A stretch of DNA of 64,000 bases from Schizosaccharomyces osmophilus (lineage: Eukaryota), in NCBI RefSeq assembly GCF_027921745.1, contig NC_079238.1, positions 4,836,001 through 4,900,000 of the forward strand. The letters run 5' to 3'. Both the position numbers and the translations under genes were made by a program. Positions within the stretch are counted from its first letter, which is position 1; each line of letters opens with the position of its first letter. The notes below the pieces were generated by a model, which had not been told where the DNA came from, searched no databases, and worked only from the letters and a program-made list of their open reading frames with translations. Shown one piece after another: positions 60,012 to 64,000 of this stretch.

Positions 60012-60791
60012 ATGGATTTTGTTCTGGTTACCCGTTCTAATAGGAAAAAAAGAGGAAATAAAAAAAAAGAAAAAAAAGGTGCAAGAACGAATGTAAACGT
60101 TGATAATGAGTTATGGTCTCAAGAAGCACTAGAGAAGAGATTGACGAAAAATGAAGAACGATTTCATGTGGGAGCATATTTTGAAAAAATAAAATCTTTT
60201 CTTGAGCCATACTCGCTTCAATTTAAGCATTGTCTAATTCTTGGTCTAGGTCGAGTTCATACTATTACAGCTTCCTTACAACTGCAACTATTCTTCGAAC
60301 TTCAAAGTATTTTTCAAATTCCTTCTCCAAATTGTTCTTTTTACGACCCAGCATTTCTAGAAGATGATATCCAATTTCTACAAAACAAAGACTTTACTTT
60401 ACTAAAAGAATCTCCCAAGCCAGAAGAATGCCTTGAGAATACTTTGCTGTTTATGCCCCACTGCCCTACTTCTTTATACGAACAATGGCTTGATGCTTAC
60501 TCGAAATCCGAAAAACAATTTTCTATGTGTGGTAATAATCTCAAACTGTATGTGGACAATCTACCATCTAAAGAAATTAAGTCAAAATACCCAAACATCT
60601 ATAGAGTATGCCAGCAAAAACTACATACCCAAATTTTATTTCCTGAATTTTCCGAGGCGTTTGCCTTTAATGATTTTGCTTTCCATTTTCCTTGTTCCCA
60701 TCGGTCGAATGAGGATCCAGAGACGACTTCGCCTGAGAAGACACCGTCGACTGCTGTTGATGTTTCAAACGTTGCTGAGCACCCCAATTGA
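60012..60791 (+). CDS. ber1: SRR1-family protein Ber1
   Basis: CLILGLG, FYDPAF, LLFMPHCP..LYE, CGN, AFND motifs of the SRR1 domain. Confidence 0.88.
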   Translation: MDFVLVTRSNRKKRGNKKKEKKGARTNVNVDNELWSQEALEKRLTKNEERFHVGAYFEKIKSFLEPYSLQFKHCLILGLGRVHTITASLQLQLFFELQSIFQIPSPNCSFYDPAFLEDDIQFLQNKDFTLLKESPKPEECLENTLLFMPHCPTSLYEQWLDAYSKSEKQFSMCGNNLKLYVDNLPSKEIKSKYPNIYRVCQQKLHTQILFPEFSEAFAFNDFAFHFPCSHRSNEDPETTSPEKTPSTAVDVSNVAEHPN

Positions 60792-63624
60792 CGAAATCAT
60801 GAAAAATATTAGCGCTGAAGTGGCTCTTAGCTGGGTTTTGAATCCAGTTGGCAAAAGTTGACATGTAAACTTCAAAGGCCTCACTTAATTCTGCTCTGTC
60901 AGCTAGCAATCGTAAGAACACTTGAGATATACTAGAACCAGTCGCTCCCAAATTGGCCTTCTTGCTGCATAATTGATGGACCTTTTTTAGTGCTTCAATT
61001 ACGTTCTTCGGCTCAGGGACTGCTTCTGTCCAACGCAACTTGTTTAGTCGGTTACGGAAAACGGCAATTCCCTTTTCTTCTAACACTTTGTGTTTCGTCT
61101 TTGTAACCATTTCTAGCATAGGAAGAATAAATTCAAATCCTAACCCATTGTGGGGTTGTGCTTTGTAAAAATTGTCAATCAAGTCGATAACCTTGACCTT
61201 GAATTGGACAATTTGTAATTTGGTCTCTTCTTCTCCCTTTTTCTTTTCTTTGTTCGATGCTTTCTTCTTCTCACGGAAAACTTCTGCTAATTTGTCGTCC
61301 AAAGCAAGCATTTGTTCATCGTTCATTAGTTCTTCTTCGGAACTTTCACCGTCATTGACTTTAGCATCTGCATCTTCTAATACCTTGTCCAATTTACGTT
61401 CAAGTTCTTCATCGTCAGAACCTTGATTGGAGACCATCTCCCAATCACTACCTTCAGCTTCATCCGTCTCTATTTCTTGGAATCCATCCTCGTCCTCATC
61501 CATTCCTTCCTCTTCTTTTTCTTCTTCTTCTTCTTCCTCTTCACCTTCTCCAGCAAACATTCCTTCTTTGTCTTTTGCATTTTCTTTCGCTGTCAACACA
61601 TCACAAACAAGACGAATGCTGCCGCGGTCCATGTCCTGTGAGAAGGAAACAAAAAGCATGTCCACAAGTCTTCGAAGTAGGTGAGAGGGACGAGACAAAA
61701 GGGACAGCATAACTTCTGTCAAAATCTCCATAGAAGTTGGTTCGCCAGCAGATGATTTCTGCTTGGATTTTTTACTGAAAACCCTGTAATAGCAGTTGTC
61801 AAGATCCTCTAAAACCTCAATTGAGTCTGTATCACCCGCATAGACCTGTAAAAGTACTAATGAATAAAGTAATTGAAAAGCCTGTAATTGTTGCAAATGA
61901 TCGCTCTGCTTATTAATATTTTTGGTAACTTTCTGAAGCACTGATAACGACTTTTCTAAAATTCCATTCACTGATTCATCCATTTGAACAATTAAAACCA
62001 TCTTTTCATCCTTTACGTGATCCAGCAAGCTGTTCAGTGCAGTAAAAGGCCAGTTCTTTTTATTAAGATCACCATCTTCCTTGGAGACTTCAAATGCACT
62101 AGAGCTCAAATAGCTTAGTGCTGACATTAAGCGCAGACGAAACATATTTTGGGTGGCTTCCGAAATTTTAGGACTAGCTTCATTTTCAGGAATTTCAAAA
62201 TAACCATAAGTAATAAAAATATTGAGAAGCTCACTAACCCAGCCGCTATGTTTCACAGATCGGTTACTACGTAAAATATTAAGCATAGTGTCAGTGACCC
62301 ATTGGCGTCTTCCTTCCACAGCCTTCGTTTCAGATGCCATGTCTTTTGGACAATGCTTGATAAATCCTAAAAGCAAGTCAAAAAGAGAGAGGATTCCTTT
62401 CTCAGTAGCCAGAGGAAGAATATGTTCTACCACTTTAGTGTTGGTGAGACGATCAAAATTTAGAGAGCCGCGTTCTCCCAGAAGATGAAGAGCAATGGGA
62501 TATACCAGGGCAGAATCATTTTTGCAAACCTTTTCAGTTTTAGAGACAACGCGTCTTGCAGCCCGGTAAAGGTAGCGTCCTTCGTCACTTAAATGGTTGA
62601 TGAAACAGTGCATAAAATTTCTAGAAAACAAAGTACCCACTGTAGACTTAGTAGCGTAGTCTAAAGCTAACTCTATAATTTGAAGCCCCCAGAACTTACG
62701 CTCCAAAGAAGAAGTGGAAGCAAAAACACCTTCATCTACAACAACGTTCCAGAAATTTTCAAATGGAGCCAATTGTTTATTCGAGTTATTTTTGTATTCA
62801 TTGAATAAGAAGCGCCAAACATAGGGAAGTTTTTGTTTCCATGCGCTATGTTGGCCACCCATTTCCTGTACTTCCACTTGTCGTAAAACTTTTGAAAGAG
62901 TCACAAGATTTGATTTGTGCAAGGGATAAACGGGATCCCAACCAGACATGGACGTAGGATGAGTCTTTACGTTTTCCGGCAAATGAGACATGCAAAGGTA
63001 TAAGCCAATGCCTTCGGAGGACTTTGAGACAGCCGTTGTCTGTAAAAGCTTATCAACAATATCGTAGGCCTCAGACGCATATGATAAAACTGGAATCTGC
63101 TTTACCAAATCATATAAAACGAGAAAACAAGTATCTCTAAGCCAGCTTTTTTTATCAGACAACTGTACAAGCAAATCCACCATTCTTTGGAAGTCATCTT
63201 TGGAAGAGGACTTACGTTGAAGAACAGAAGAAAACGAAATAGTCTGTAAACCAAACAGTAAACCAAAATAATAATCGCGCTCTTCTTGTCCCTTCAAATT
63301 TCCAGTAACAGTGTTATGCTTTACGAGCAGCTCTAAAACTTGCTGAGCAGTTATTTCTTCCTTGCGGGTAATGACCTAGGAAATGGTTAGTGCTTGACGT
63401 TTTATTTCATTATGAAATCCTTTTACCTCAGTAAGAGCAACAGAAAACCCAAGACGGGCGCTTTCGCGACCACTAGAAACACCTTTGGTCAATCGATTCA
63501 AAGCATATTTTAATTCCTCTTCAGTAGCTATCGAATCAATCAATTCCTTTGCAGCTTTTAGTCTTGTATTTTTATCATTCGAAACTAATGTTGTGAATAA
63601 CTCTAATTGTGTTTTTGTCGCCAT
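60667..63624 (-). CDS. pol5: Pol5 / MYBBP1A-like nucleolar protein (DNA polymerase phi); exons 63624-63427, 63375-60667
   Basis: YALNRLTKGVSSGRESARLGFSVALTE, ERDYYFGLLFG, acidic region and MNDEQMLALDDKLAEVF; intron 63376-63426 (GTAAAA..CTAAC..TAG). Confidence 0.94.
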
Positions 63625-64000
63625 TCTTGACGATTTTATTCACAATTGAGGTTGTGGTAAAAAAGTGCTGGTCAAGAGTATCTCCAAAAAAGGTTTCAGA
63701 TCCATCACAAATTTTTTCCATAATAAATTTTAAAGGAGATTTGAAATTTCTTTCTTTTATTATCTGCTTTCTCACCTGAAATAATTGCTTTCCTTGTTTG
63801 TTTGTTTCAAGCATTTGTCGAAGATGCAAATTTCTTAAAAGCTTTCATTGAAACTTCTATAAATTCTGCAAGTGTTTTTAACTACGAAGCTGCAAACGGG
63901 ATTCAAGTTTCGTTCTCGATGAATTTTCGATCCTATATATTTTTGTCGAAGTTACCAACCGGACTAAGTATACTATACCTCGTCCATTTTCTTTTATTAA

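Noticed and set aside
61480..61550. TCT/TTC trinucleotide run
   Set aside because: Encodes the acidic Glu tract of Pol5; not an independent repeat.

Overview
Gene-dense eukaryotic DNA from a fission yeast (Schizosaccharomyces, not S. pombe itself; the proteins are diverged orthologues, most compatible with the S. octosporus/cryophilus/osmophilus clade, species not determinable by eye). The window matches my recollection of the S. pombe chromosome II run SPBC1711.14 to SPBC17G9 to SPBC14C8.14c: rec15, pwp1, prp16, cdc73, krs1, nup85, [cnt5, rps24, sib3, rct1], tif213, rpl11, pyr1, a HAD hydrolase, a 17G9.13c-like gene, eno1, cut2, tim44, fma2, ilv6, meu17, arc1, cdc18, tam10, an IMPACT gene, mrpl24, rpb8, ber1 and pol5. 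Intron-exon structures were rebuilt by hand for eight spliced genes plus the four-exon tam10, which the ORF track largely misses. Departures from the ordinary: a four-gene block apparently inverted relative to S. pombe, with an Ssu1/SLAC1-type transporter at one edge and a tandem tRNA-Met/tRNA-Asn pair (6-nt spacer, one terminator) at the other; an identical 13-mer containing the iron-GATA consensus upstream of both the transporter and sib3; an intercalated PRISE (progesterone 5-beta-reductase/iridoid synthase-like) gene with a forkhead/Pap1-site-rich upstream region; a 125-nt tail-to-tail CDS overlap between ber1 and pol5; a structured 303-nt intron in ilv6; and a securin lacking its first destruction box. 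No CRISPR, rRNA or intact transposon was seen, and I found no clear-cut novel multi-gene system. Gene names and synteny are from memory, not from a database search.
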